NCBI GenBank assembly: GCA_041937175.2
Contig: CP166615.1
Coordinates: 2,112,001 to 2,176,000 of the forward strand
Origin: Limnothrix sp. BL-A-16
GTDB taxonomy: Bacteria > Cyanobacteriota > Cyanobacteriia > CACIAM-69d
Direction: 5' to 3'
Length of the DNA: 64,000 nucleotides
Each line of letters opens with the position of its first letter. The stretch's first letter is position 1. Both the position numbers and the translations under genes were made by a program. The notes beneath the pieces were generated by a model. The model was not told where the DNA came from, ran no database searches, and was given only the letters and a program-made list of their open reading frames with translations. Of this stretch, positions 54,033 to 64,000 are shown piece after piece.

Positions 54033-55727
54033 ATGAAAAAGCTTTTCTACGGCGACAATTTACAAGTTTTGCGAGACAACATTGGTGATGAAACCGTTGA
54101 TCTAATCTATCTCGACCCACCATTTAACTCAAAAGCTGACTACAACGTTTTGTTTTCAACTCCCAGAGGAGAACGATCAGAAGCGCAAATCACGGCTTTT
54201 GAAGATACTTGGGAATGGGGAACAGAGTCAGTTCGTTCTTTGCAGTCTTTGGTCACAACCAATGGTAATTTGGCAGAATTGCTTGATTTACTGGTTCGTA
54301 CCCTAGGCAAAAATTCACTATCTGCCTATCTCGTCATGATGGCCGTTCGACTCGTGGAGCTGCATCGAGTTCTGAAATCTACTGGCAGTCTTTACCTACA
54401 TTGTGACCCTACAGCTAGTCATTATCTAAAGATGATTTTAGATGTGATTTTTGAGCCACAAAACTTCAAGAGCGAAATTGTTTGGAAAAGAACCAGTGCC
54501 CACAACTCTGCTCGACGGTTTGCGCCTGTTCATGACGTTATATTGTTCTATACAAAATCGGATCGTTACACATGGAATTTGGTATATCAAACCCATAACA
54601 AAGACTATCTAGAGTCTAAGTATCGCTATGGAGATGAGCGAGGCATCTATAGACTTGATAATCTGACTGCTCCTGGAGTCAGGAATGGAGAATCAGGGGC
54701 AAGCTGGCGAGATATCAATCCGAGCGATAAGGGAAATCACTGGAAGATCCATAAGAAAACAGTTGAATCGATTGTTGGTGTCGAACAAGCTAAGAAACTG
54801 GGCACTCTAGCCAAATTAGACTTGCTGGATCAACATCAATATATTTACTGGACTCCTAAAGGTAGGGATGGTCACAAAGGATTCCCTCAATTCAAGAGAT
54901 ATCTAGGGGAGGGAGTGACAGTCCAAGATCTGATTCTTGACGTAGCTCCTCTGAATTCGCAAGCAAAGGAGCGTTTAGGTTATCCGACACAGAAGCCACT
55001 GGCGCTTTTGGAGAGAATCGTAGCGGCTAGTAGCAATCCAGGTGATGTTGTGCTTGACCCGTTTTGTGGCTGCGGAACTGCTGTTCATGCGGCAGAACGA
55101 TTGGGGCGGTCTTGGATCGGGATTGATATTACCCACTTAGCGATCGCGCTGATTGAGAAACGTTTGCGGGATGCTTTTTCAGGAATTGAGTTTTCAGTTG
55201 AAGGAACCCCTCAGGATTTAGAAGGAGCTAAAGATCTCGCCAATCGAGATAAATATCAGTTTCAATATTGGGCTTGCTCCCTGGTCAATGCTCAACCCTA
55301 TAAGGGTAAAAAGAAAGGTGCTGACGGTGGGATTGATGGTCAAATTTTCTTTAGTGATGCAGAGAGTCTTTCCCAGAAAAATCCTGTAATTAAGAAAATC
55401 ATTGTCAGCGTCAAGGGTGGTCAAAATATTTCACTGACGATGCTCAAAGACTTGATTGCTACTGTTGAAGGAAATAAAGCGGCAATGGGTTTATTTGTGA
55501 CGCTAGCTAGTCCAACCAAACCCATGATCAAGGAGGCTGCATCAGCCGGTTTTTATAAGTCAGCAGGGAATGGGCGGGATTATCCCAAAATTCAAATCCT
55601 GACCATTGAAGGATTGTTGAATGGCACTGAGCGCCCTGAGTATTTCGATATGAACTTGGGTGGTCTGAATTTCAAAGCAGCAGAAACAGAACGTGGAACT
55701 GGAATTTCTCAGGGGCAACTATTTTAA
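54033..55727 (+). CDS. N6/N4 DNA methyltransferase fused to a C-terminal Mrr-like nuclease domain
   Basis: LIYLDPPF, YPTQKP, LDPFCGCGT; C-terminal GADGGIDG...IVSVKGG. Confidence 0.85.
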   Translation: MKKLFYGDNLQVLRDNIGDETVDLIYLDPPFNSKADYNVLFSTPRGERSEAQITAFEDTWEWGTESVRSLQSLVTTNGNLAELLDLLVRTLGKNSLSAYLVMMAVRLVELHRVLKSTGSLYLHCDPTASHYLKMILDVIFEPQNFKSEIVWKRTSAHNSARRFAPVHDVILFYTKSDRYTWNLVYQTHNKDYLESKYRYGDERGIYRLDNLTAPGVRNGESGASWRDINPSDKGNHWKIHKKTVESIVGVEQAKKLGTLAKLDLLDQHQYIYWTPKGRDGHKGFPQFKRYLGEGVTVQDLILDVAPLNSQAKERLGYPTQKPLALLERIVAASSNPGDVVLDPFCGCGTAVHAAERLGRSWIGIDITHLAIALIEKRLRDAFSGIEFSVEGTPQDLEGAKDLANRDKYQFQYWACSLVNAQPYKGKKKGADGGIDGQIFFSDAESLSQKNPVIKKIIVSVKGGQNISLTMLKDLIATVEGNKAAMGLFVTLASPTKPMIKEAASAGFYKSAGNGRDYPKIQILTIEGLLNGTERPEYFDMNLGGLNFKAAETERGTGISQGQLF

Positions 55728-55746
55728 CTTTGCTAAGTAGCTAGAG

Positions 55747-56766
55747 ATGATGAACGGATTGATTGGAATGGGAGAGCCAACCCGATCGATCCTGGTGTTG
55801 GGACTGGCAGCAGTGATTGATTGGCTGGTGGGTGACCCTTGGAGTTGGGTGCATCCGGTGCAGATCATCGGGGCATGGATCGATCGCTACCGTCGTTGGG
55901 TTTGGTCTTTGGCCGCTCCCGATCGGGTTCAGCGCTGGTTAGGGGTGGGTCTGGCATTGTCCACGATCGGGGGTGCAGGGGCCCTGGCTGGGGCGATCGG
56001 GTCGTTAGCCGCCAAGCTACATCCCCTTTTGGGTTTAGGAGTCGAGGCGGTGATGGTGGCAGCTTGCTTTGCGGGTCGCAGCTTGCGGGATGCGGCGGCA
56101 GATGTGTTGGAACCGTTGGCCCGCGAGGATTTGCCGGAAGCGCGATCGCGGCTCAGTCGCTACGTGGGCCGGGAAACGGAGCATCTTGATCGCCCAGAAA
56201 TTTTGCGAGCCGTGCTGGAAACGGTGGCGGAAAATGCCGTGGATGGTGTTTTGGGGCCGCTGTTTTGGGCCTTGTTGGGCGCGGGGGCAACGGTAATTTT
56301 CGGGTGGGGCCCCGGGGCGATCGCAGCGGTGGCCTTGGGTTACAAGGCCGCCAGCACCCTCGATTCGATGGTGGGCTATAAAGATCCACCCCATCGGAAC
56401 TTGGGTTGGTTCAGCGCTCGCCTGGAAGATCACCTCACTTGGTTACCCTGTCGATTAACCGTGGGATCGATCGCCCTGCTTTCAGGAAAGCCCTTACAAG
56501 TTTGGAATCGCTGTCGGCGGGATGGAGCGCTGGATCCCAGTCCCAATTCCGGCTGGAGCGAGTGCGCCTACGCGATGGTCTTGGGGGTACAACTGGGGGG
56601 TGAAAATCGCTATCGCGGTCAAGTGAAACACAAGCCTCTGTTGGGAGATCCCCAGCAACCGATCGAACCGGAGACCGTGCGATCGGCTTTGGGTTTGACC
56701 CGGGTGGTCTTTTTGGGGTGGTTATGCGGGGCGATCGGGCTATTGGCGCTAGGATTTTTGCCATGA
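55747..56766 (+). CDS. cbiB: adenosylcobinamide-phosphate synthase
   Basis: GDPW...HPV, VGRET, ENAVDG, TLDSMVGYK, SPNSG. Confidence 0.95.
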   Translation: MMNGLIGMGEPTRSILVLGLAAVIDWLVGDPWSWVHPVQIIGAWIDRYRRWVWSLAAPDRVQRWLGVGLALSTIGGAGALAGAIGSLAAKLHPLLGLGVEAVMVAACFAGRSLRDAAADVLEPLAREDLPEARSRLSRYVGRETEHLDRPEILRAVLETVAENAVDGVLGPLFWALLGAGATVIFGWGPGAIAAVALGYKAASTLDSMVGYKDPPHRNLGWFSARLEDHLTWLPCRLTVGSIALLSGKPLQVWNRCRRDGALDPSPNSGWSECAYAMVLGVQLGGENRYRGQVKHKPLLGDPQQPIEPETVRSALGLTRVVFLGWLCGAIGLLALGFLP

Positions 56767-57839
56767 CCACTGTTTCCCACCCGATCCATGGGGGCAACCT
56801 GGCTTGGGCCGCCGCGATCGCCCATTGTGCGCCCTCTGAAATTCTGGACTTCTCCGCCAGTATCCATCCTGAGGGCTTGCCACCCAGCATTTTGGCCGCC
56901 CTCACCGCCGCCTTGCCTTCCCTCGCCGCTTACCCGGATCCAAACTACGGCGAATTGCGCCAGGCTCTCGCTCAGCACCACAACCTCGACCCAGATTGGA
57001 TTTTGCCAGGCAACGGGGCGGCGGAACTCTTGACTTGGGCCGCTCGGGATTTGAGTCAGTTGGCCGCAACCGTGCTGCCCGTGCCGGCCTTTGCGGACTA
57101 CGGCCGAGCCTTAAGGGCGTTTGGGGCCAGAATTGTGCCGATCGCCCCCGTGGAGCCTTGGGTTTGGGATTGGGGCGACTGGCTGAATCGCGATTGCGCC
57201 GCCTATGGCTTGGTGCTGAACAATCCTCACAATCCCACCGGTCAACTGTGGAACTACGATCTTTTGCGGCCCCTGTGCGATCGCTTTGGGCTGGTGGTGG
57301 TGGATGAGGCGTTCATGGATTTTTTGCGCCCGACTGAGCAACCCACCGTCGTCAAATGGGTTCAGGACTATCCGAACCTGATCGTGATTCGATCGCTCAC
57401 CAAGTTCTACGCCATTCCGGGACTACGGCTAGGTTATGCGATTGCCCAGCCCGATCGGTTAACACGCTGGCAACAATGGCGAGATCCCTGGTCTGTCAAC
57501 GGTTTAGCCGTAGTCGCCGCCTTGGCAGCCCTTGCTGATCGCCCCTTTGCCGAAAAAACCTGGACTTGGCTGGCATCGGCCCGATCGGAACTGTTTTTGG
57601 GTCTACAAGCCCAACTGGGCCTCACCCCCTATCCCAGCGCCGCCAATTATCTGTTGGTCAAAACCGCCCTGCCCAGCAATCAACTCCAGCAGCAAGTGCT
57701 ACGGCGCGATCGGATCTTGATTCGAGACTGTTCCAGCTTCCCAGAATTGGGCGATCGCTTCTTTCGGGTCGCGATCAGAACCACCGTCGATCATCAGCGG
57801 CTGCTGCAATCGCTGCGACAAAGTTTGGTAGTGCCGTAA
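56763..57839 (+). CDS. cobD: threonine-phosphate decarboxylase
   Basis: HGGN, DFSAS, YPDP, GNGAAE, NPHNPTG, DEAF, SLTKFYAIPGLRLG. Confidence 0.92.
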   Translation: MTTVSHPIHGGNLAWAAAIAHCAPSEILDFSASIHPEGLPPSILAALTAALPSLAAYPDPNYGELRQALAQHHNLDPDWILPGNGAAELLTWAARDLSQLAATVLPVPAFADYGRALRAFGARIVPIAPVEPWVWDWGDWLNRDCAAYGLVLNNPHNPTGQLWNYDLLRPLCDRFGLVVVDEAFMDFLRPTEQPTVVKWVQDYPNLIVIRSLTKFYAIPGLRLGYAIAQPDRLTRWQQWRDPWSVNGLAVVAALAALADRPFAEKTWTWLASARSELFLGLQAQLGLTPYPSAANYLLVKTALPSNQLQQQVLRRDRILIRDCSSFPELGDRFFRVAIRTTVDHQRLLQSLRQSLVVP

Positions 57840-58010
57840 TTCAGTAATGATGAGCCGGTGAAAGTCTTGTGGCGTAAGCGACCAGTTACCGAAAATCATC
57901 ACCTCACAGGCACTATTTTTAAAGAATTTTAAAAGATAAGTGATTTTGTGATTTTTGGCACTACCTTGATAAGGTGATCAGTCGGATTCTCCATTCACTT
58001 GAAAATTACA

Positions 58011-58715
58011 ATGCGACTCACTGTATCAGCCGCCATCATTTCAGCCACCGCTGCGCTTGTTGCGGCTAGTCCAGCAACTGCCCTAACCTTACTCAATAGC
58101 TCTGGATCTTGGGGCACTCCGTCTGGAACCGCATATTACGAGTTTCAGAGCACTAGCAGTGAAAGCCAAGTTCGGTGGGGATCTCCAGCCAGTGTAGCCG
58201 GAACTAGCGGCCTTGGATTTACTGGCGTAGGAACAACATCCATTACCCCTGGTAATGTCTTCCAACTGGGAGTCTTGCAGCATTTCAACAATCCCATCTT
58301 TGGTGGAACTGCGGCTGAGTCAGTTGGCTTAACGGTCGCCTTACAGTTTGCGGAAATCGCCAACCAAACCTTTAATTTCACGTTGGATATTGACGAAACA
58401 ACCAACGATGGATTTTGTGCATACTACAGTGTCACTCCCTGTGCAGATAAAATTAGCTGGAACAATGCCTTGGGAGACCGCTCATTCTCTTACGCAGGAA
58501 AGCAGTACACTCTGGAATTGTCAGGGTTCAAATCTTCTCCTATCGGTGATCTGGTTGCTGACTTTATCTCCCAAGAAGGTGGAACCAGTACAGCCTATTT
58601 ATACGGTCAGATCCGTGAAGTGCCCGAAGAGCGCAGCACGCCAGAACCATCGCTCATGTTTGGCTTGGCAGGATTTGCCGCTTTGGGTTTGCGTCGCCGT
58701 TGGGTCAATTCCTAG
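58011..58715 (+). CDS. PEP-CTERM surface protein
   Basis: Signal peptide, VRWG.P...SGLGF domain, TPEPS-hydrophobic-RRR tail. Confidence 0.88.
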   Translation: MRLTVSAAIISATAALVAASPATALTLLNSSGSWGTPSGTAYYEFQSTSSESQVRWGSPASVAGTSGLGFTGVGTTSITPGNVFQLGVLQHFNNPIFGGTAAESVGLTVALQFAEIANQTFNFTLDIDETTNDGFCAYYSVTPCADKISWNNALGDRSFSYAGKQYTLELSGFKSSPIGDLVADFISQEGGTSTAYLYGQIREVPEERSTPEPSLMFGLAGFAALGLRRRWVNS

Positions 58716-58838
58716 GGTTTTATGACTGTTTTAGTGCTCTACAGCTCTGAGAGATCATAAATTGCGACATCACATTTTCAGTCTTTGCTTAATTGGGCCT
58801 TTGCCCAAGAAACACAGTCCCCAAAAAGTAAAGACTAC

Positions 58839-58881
58839 AAAAAAGGGTCTCAAGCATTTAATCATTTGCTTGAGACCCTTT
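58839..58881 (-). terminator. intrinsic terminator after the helicase gene
   Basis: 15-bp stem AAAGGGTCTCAAGCA/TGCTTGAGACCCTTT. Confidence 0.75.
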
Positions 58882-58945
58882 GGAATTTTTGAGTTTTTTT
58901 GGAACTTTCGAGTCTGTCATTAACCAAGAGACAGACTCTGAGCTT

Positions 58946-60466
58946 TTATTCGCCGACGGGAGCGAAACGGTTGCGATCGTTCATCTTCACCGGCGCATCG
59001 GGGCGGGGACGATTGGGGTTCGGACGGCGATCGCCACCCCCACCAGCACCCCGGCGACGGGAGCCACCGCCGTAGTTACGGCCACCGCGATCGCCTCGGC
59101 CACCGCGATCGCCCCGTTCGGGACGCTCAGTTTCAAAGTTATCGTCACCAAAGACCCCTTCAACTTGCCAAGCGGGCCGTTCCATGTCGTAGAACATTTG
59201 CAGCGCGGCCGCCGCCACTGCCCGAGGATCGTACTCCTCACCCAGTTGCGACACGATCGGCAGGAACGAAGCCACCCGATCGCTGGTCAGTGCTTCCTTA
59301 ACCCGGTTCTTGAGGCGATCGATCCGGCGAGCTTCAATCTCGGCACGGGTCGGCAAATCCACCGGCTGCATCGATTGGCGCGTGTGCCGCTCGATTTGGC
59401 GAATCCGATAACGCTCCAGGCTGTAGGACAAGGTAATCGCGCGACCCGTCCGACCTGCACGACCCGTCCGACCAATCCGGTGGACGTAGTTTTCTAAGTT
59501 GTCGGGCAGATCGAAGTTGAATACGTGGGTCACCCGATCCACATCCAAGCCCCGAGCAGCAATGTCAGTCGCCACAATCAGCTTCAACTGTCCCCGACGG
59601 AAGCGCGTGATCAGGCGTTCGCGTTGGGCTTGGTTCAGGTTCCCGTGATATTCATCGGCACTGTAACCAGCCGCTTGCAGTTGCACGGTCAGTTCCGCAG
59701 CCCCCTGCTTGGTGCGCACAAAGATCATTGCTGATTCAGGATCTTCTAGCTCCAGGATCGGCAACAGGGCCCGAATCTTGTTGCAACCACGAGGAACCGT
59801 ATACAGCACCTGTTCAATGCGGGTGGGAGTCGCTTGGGGCTGCTCCACCGTCACGAACACCGGATCCTTCAGGAAGTTCGCCACCAGACGACGAATCGTC
59901 GGACTCATCGTTGCGGAGAAGAAGGCCGTTTGGCGCGCGGCGGGCAGCGAGCTACAAATCTTTTCAATGTCCTGAATGAAGCCCATATTCAGCATTTCAT
60001 CGGCTTCATCCAACACAAAGTAACGCACCTGGTCGAGGCGCAAAGCACCACGATCCATCAAGTCCATTACCCGACCGGGCGTGCCGATCGCAATTTGTGC
60101 GCCCCGTTGCAGTTGGCTAATTTGCCGATCAATCGATTGGCCACCGTAGACCGTCACGGTTCGCAAACGAGAACCGGGGCCCACAAACTTCTCGATCGCC
60201 TGGGAAACCTGTAACGCCAGCTCACGAGTCGGGGCCAGAATCAATGTTTGAACAGTGCGATTGGCATCATCAATCTGCTCCAGCATGGGCAGCCCAAAAG
60301 CCGCCGTCTTGCCAGTTCCAGTTTGAGCCAAGCCAACCACATCTTTTCCTTCGAGCAAGGCGGGAATCGCGCGTGCTTGGATGGGGGTGGGTTCAGTAAA
60401 GCCAAGGGTTTCCAGATGAGCAGCACGGGTTTCCGAGAGGCCGAGGCTTTGGAAGGAAAGGGTCAT
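58946..60466 (-). CDS. DEAD-box RNA helicase (CrhR/DeaD-like)
   Basis: Q motif, AQTGTGKT, PTREL, DEAD, SAT, HRIGRTGR, RG-rich tail. Confidence 0.97.
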   Translation of the reverse strand: MTLSFQSLGLSETRAAHLETLGFTEPTPIQARAIPALLEGKDVVGLAQTGTGKTAAFGLPMLEQIDDANRTVQTLILAPTRELALQVSQAIEKFVGPGSRLRTVTVYGGQSIDRQISQLQRGAQIAIGTPGRVMDLMDRGALRLDQVRYFVLDEADEMLNMGFIQDIEKICSSLPAARQTAFFSATMSPTIRRLVANFLKDPVFVTVEQPQATPTRIEQVLYTVPRGCNKIRALLPILELEDPESAMIFVRTKQGAAELTVQLQAAGYSADEYHGNLNQAQRERLITRFRRGQLKLIVATDIAARGLDVDRVTHVFNFDLPDNLENYVHRIGRTGRAGRTGRAITLSYSLERYRIRQIERHTRQSMQPVDLPTRAEIEARRIDRLKNRVKEALTSDRVASFLPIVSQLGEEYDPRAVAAAALQMFYDMERPAWQVEGVFGDDNFETERPERGDRGGRGDRGGRNYGGGSRRRGAGGGGDRRPNPNRPRPDAPVKMNDRNRFAPVGE

Positions 60467-60925
60467 GAGTACGCTTCGTAACGGATGAACAACCAAAACC
60501 CAATCTCGCAGTTAGCCCCGAAAACCCGCAGCACGATCTAGATTGCACGGCTGGGAATCTTATTTGAATAGCGGTCGTCTGTGTTGCCGCAGAGTCAATA
60601 CGTCCTTTCTGATGGGATGACGCGTTGACCCTAACCGCACGATCGCCCCCCGAGCAAGCGGGGCAGATTAGGCAAAATTGGGCGCTTTAAACAGTCAGAC
60701 GAGTGTTAACTCGTTCTTTACTTAAAATAACTTAAAAAATGGCAATACGATCGTAAATGCCCTAGATTTTTCTGGGATCACGCCATGTCAGGAAACCGCG
60801 CGATCACCTCAATCCCTTAGCAGTAAAGCACTTCGCGCGTTTCAGCTTCTCTCTAAACTTGGGGTGACTGAGATGCACTAGGGCCACAAATGGCGAAGAT
60901 ACGTCTACATGAACAGCACCATTGG

Positions 60926-62098
60926 CTACTTCCCTAGATCCATTGGTTGTTTGTTTACAGTGCCTCGGTTAAGTACTTCAGTCTTGATGCTTGCTAACCG
61001 ACAAGTTGTCTGCTGGGTATCCTTACCCAGCTCAGTACTCAAATTCTTTTCCCCAGTCGCCGGATTGTCCTGAGAGCAGCTCCGCCGATCCAAACCATAG
61101 CGCCCTTCTGGGTTACCTCGAACTGCCAAAATCACCTTCTGGTTTTGGTTAGCTTCATTCTTCTGTAGCTGCTGCACTGTTCTGGTCGATTTGGTTTCAT
61201 CCAAAACGCAAGCATAGACACTGCGAACTCCCTCAAAATCGCCCTTCAGTGACTCCAGACTGGGCGTAACTTCGTACTGTGCCGGACATTCTCGTTCTGT
61301 ACCTAAATTTACATCCTGAGTATCGTCCACAAAATCCACTAACACATCTGGATTCGGATCCCCAAATGTTGGTCTTTGAGCGCCGGGTGGTGTGTTGCCA
61401 TCTGCTGTTCTAGGCCAGGTTTGTAAGGTCAAACCACTGCTCACATCCAGAGGGTCACTAAATTCACCCGATTTTTTGCCTTTCTCGTTAAACCTTTTCA
61501 TTGCCCATCTTGTGATTCTGGCACGACCATCCCACTTGTCATCCTCTTTGTTGTTTAGAAAATATACAACTAGAGTGTAGGTTCGCCCCGAAAGCTCATA
61601 TAGGTTACAATCAGGGTCTTCACAATTTTCAGGAATAGGATCAAGTTTCCAAAAAGCAATCAATGGAAGGCTATTATCATCTGGTAGTTCTAAGCCTCCA
61701 TCGCCACCGAATAGGCCTGGACAATAATCAGTTTGTCCAGGAGAAGACTGCCCTTCCCATAGGCACTTGCCAGTGTAAACATAGATCGCTTCTCGGAGTT
61801 CATTACTCATAAACTCCGCAGCAATTCCCATATCACGCATGGTTTCCGACCTTGCCAGTTCTCGGCGGTTGGTTGAAACCAACTCCACCACAATCCCCAA
61901 TAGTCCTGAAACAATCAGCCCTGCAATCAAAGCCGAGATCAGTAACTCAATGAGCGTAAAACCAGCAGTTTTCGTTTCAACCAATCTAGGCTTATTTGTC
62001 AATCTACTGCGAGCAACAGATGCTTGGCAATTACTAGACAGACGGTTGATTAGGCAAAGATTTTGAATCCACTTTAGTGCTTTTTGAATTGGAATCAT
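60926..62098 (-). CDS. type IV pilin-like pseudopilin (HpsC-like)
   Basis: G/FTLIELL prepilin motif; P...FWK. Confidence 0.8.
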   Translation of the reverse strand: MIPIQKALKWIQNLCLINRLSSNCQASVARSRLTNKPRLVETKTAGFTLIELLISALIAGLIVSGLLGIVVELVSTNRRELARSETMRDMGIAAEFMSNELREAIYVYTGKCLWEGQSSPGQTDYCPGLFGGDGGLELPDDNSLPLIAFWKLDPIPENCEDPDCNLYELSGRTYTLVVYFLNNKEDDKWDGRARITRWAMKRFNEKGKKSGEFSDPLDVSSGLTLQTWPRTADGNTPPGAQRPTFGDPNPDVLVDFVDDTQDVNLGTERECPAQYEVTPSLESLKGDFEGVRSVYACVLDETKSTRTVQQLQKNEANQNQKVILAVRGNPEGRYGLDRRSCSQDNPATGEKNLSTELGKDTQQTTCRLASIKTEVLNRGTVNKQPMDLGK

Positions 62099-62901
62099 GG
62101 ACTGACCTCACTTCCAGTTTTGGTTTTACATTCTTCTGTATTTCCATTTAGCAGGTAGCACATTTTTTCATACCCCTCCCTAGTATCTGAAACAGCCAAT
62201 TGAGTATAAATTACGGCCAACGGCTTAACTCCTTGCTCACCAGTGCTGCTGGTGAGTTGCAGGGAAGCTGCGGTAATGTCCAAAGGCTTACTAGCCCTCT
62301 GAATCGCTGGATAAGACCAAACTCGCACTCCGAGACGGAAAGCCACAGGAACTAAACCAGACTCACTTTCAATAGAGTTTTTATCAGAGGCCGGACTCCG
62401 AAATGTCTGCACTGCAAAGTCAGGTAGACCATCGCCATCAACATCCACTGGTCGCAACTCTAGAGCACCTACAAAAGGCACACCCGTATCATAGATACTA
62501 CGGGTAGATTCCATCGTTTTCCTAGCGGATTCTGGGTCAGGAATAATGGAAGGCGCAGGCGTTTTTTCAAACTCACTGCCTCCATTACTGCTTTCTTGGG
62601 GTAGAAGAGCTAAGTTATTAGTAAAGTCCCTCCGCTCCATAGTAACTCGCACTTTGTCCACTTCACCCTGGGCCACTTGAATGGCTTGTTCTGCCCGATT
62701 GCTCTGGACTCGCGAGGCTGTTGCCAGAAATAGGGGAGGCGTGATCGCCACCGCCACCACAGACATCATCACCAAGGCCACGATGCATTCCAGCAACGTC
62801 AGCCCAGATTCTGAGCCTGAGATTTGGGACTGCCTGCGCCAGCGGCAAACCCAGTAATTGAACGCGGCGTTAGACATGACGGGTAAGCCTCGCAAGTTCA
62901 T
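62095..62901 (-). CDS. type IV pilin-like protein (HpsB-like)
   Basis: G/LTLLECIVAL, PPLFLATASRVQ. Confidence 0.8.
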   Translation of the reverse strand: MNLRGLPVMSNAAFNYWVCRWRRQSQISGSESGLTLLECIVALVMMSVVAVAITPPLFLATASRVQSNRAEQAIQVAQGEVDKVRVTMERRDFTNNLALLPQESSNGGSEFEKTPAPSIIPDPESARKTMESTRSIYDTGVPFVGALELRPVDVDGDGLPDFAVQTFRSPASDKNSIESESGLVPVAFRLGVRVWSYPAIQRASKPLDITAASLQLTSSTGEQGVKPLAVIYTQLAVSDTREGYEKMCYLLNGNTEECKTKTGSEVSP

Positions 62902-62913
62902 CGGGACAGATTA

Positions 62914-64000
62914 TCAGCAACCATCAGGGGTGGTCTCAATGGAACGCCGTAAAGCACAGATGTAAGGATCACCGGCTTCCGGTTCATTGTAGAACTCGCT
63001 CCGAGCTGCACCTGGTGTTATGAAGCGGCTGGAAATCGGCCCAGCCGGAGCATATTGCAATCCCACGTCGTAGCCCCAGAGTCGTTTTGGGGTTTGGTAG
63101 TAGGGAATATCATCCTGACCGCCGACTGGACGCTGATTGATTTCCCAAGCATCGTGCTCATAGGGGCCTGTTGAGGACGTGCGGAAGTTTAGCTGCAAGA
63201 AGGCTCCCGAAATGGTTTGAGACTGGCTGGAGTTACTACCGCCCCAGTTTTCCAGCATGGGGAGGAAGTTATGGAAACCGCCATAGCTCTGGTTTTCTCG
63301 GCTGGAGCCAATGCCGCTGATAAAGATGGCATTCGCCTCGGTTGTGCTCGCACCGGGTAACACACCATTCGCACCACGACCATAGCGTTGGCCCAAGGGA
63401 ACTGTTTGGTAGTTACCGGTGTAGGGATTGGGTCGCCCAAACTCCGGACGGGCCACGTCTTCATTGATTCGCTGTAGGGGCTTGCCAGTGTAATCCACTG
63501 CCACAGAGCTGGTGAAATCAAACCGGTTTTCGTGCCACCAATCCAGCACCAAATCCCGTTCCTGAGCAGACATTTCTAGGGGACGGTTTTGGGCATAAAA
63601 CGAAGTGGTGGGCGAAGAAAGCGAGCCAACCCGCTGGCAACCATACCAATCTGCCAGTCTGGGTGAAGCATTCAGGAAGGTATCTCGAACACTGCCATCG
63701 CAGAAGTTGCCAGAGACCAACGTGATCGAGTCTGCTAGCAGTTCCACAGGTCGCCAAGTATCTTTATCGGGACGGGCAAAACTTAGATTGAGATCCTGGT
63801 CAGGACTACGACTACCTCGGGAGTAGAAGTTGCCATAGTTGTCTCGGTTGAGGATCGTTTTGAACTCTTCAGCCAACACTCCACCCACTCGGTGCAAGTT
63901 GAAGTCACCCTTCACGAATAGAGGATTATCCGTAATGAAGGAGATTCCAAAAATGTTGGACTTCTCATCCCCCCCACCTTCACGTTTGATCAAAGAACCG
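62914..64000 (-). CDS. hpsA: HpsA-like hormogonium polysaccharide protein, C-terminal part
   Basis: DNPLFVKGDFNLH, GGFHNFLPMLENW, RLWGYDVGLQ; upstream of two pseudopilins. Confidence 0.78.
   Translation of the reverse strand, partial: GSLIKREGGGDEKSNIFGISFITDNPLFVKGDFNLHRVGGVLAEEFKTILNRDNYGNFYSRGSRSPDQDLNLSFARPDKDTWRPVELLADSITLVSGNFCDGSVRDTFLNASPRLADWYGCQRVGSLSSPTTSFYAQNRPLEMSAQERDLVLDWWHENRFDFTSSVAVDYTGKPLQRINEDVARPEFGRPNPYTGNYQTVPLGQRYGRGANGVLPGASTTEANAIFISGIGSSRENQSYGGFHNFLPMLENWGGSNSSQSQTISGAFLQLNFRTSSTGPYEHDAWEINQRPVGGQDDIPYYQTPKRLWGYDVGLQYAPAGPISSRFITPGAARSEFYNEPEAGDPYICALRRSIETTPDGC

Overview
HIP1 (GCGATCGC)-rich chromosomal window, most likely from a filamentous cyanobacterium (hps pseudopilin genes, cyanobacteriochrome, FtsH3). 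Housekeeping genes (ftsH, msrB, mlaE, sbp, dnaB, rplI, PBP1A, tldD/pmbA, cbiB/cobD, DEAD-box helicase) are interspersed with accessory DNA. (1) A type I-B/MYXAN CRISPR-Cas locus: WYL-cas6-cas3-cas8(+probable internal cas11)-cas7-cas5-DUF29, followed by a 46-repeat array. Its adaptation module is missing, leaving only the 3' half of cas2 beside a REP-like palindrome. (2) Three toxin-antitoxin-like pairs, one with a frameshifted HEPN gene. (3) An intact IS621-like IS110 element whose bridge RNA guides can be read from the sequence; they match its own insertion site, the junction between a MITE end and a REP half. (4) Two unrelated MITE shells that carry the same 20-bp palindrome at or near their centre. 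All calls come from motif reading by eye; no searches were run.
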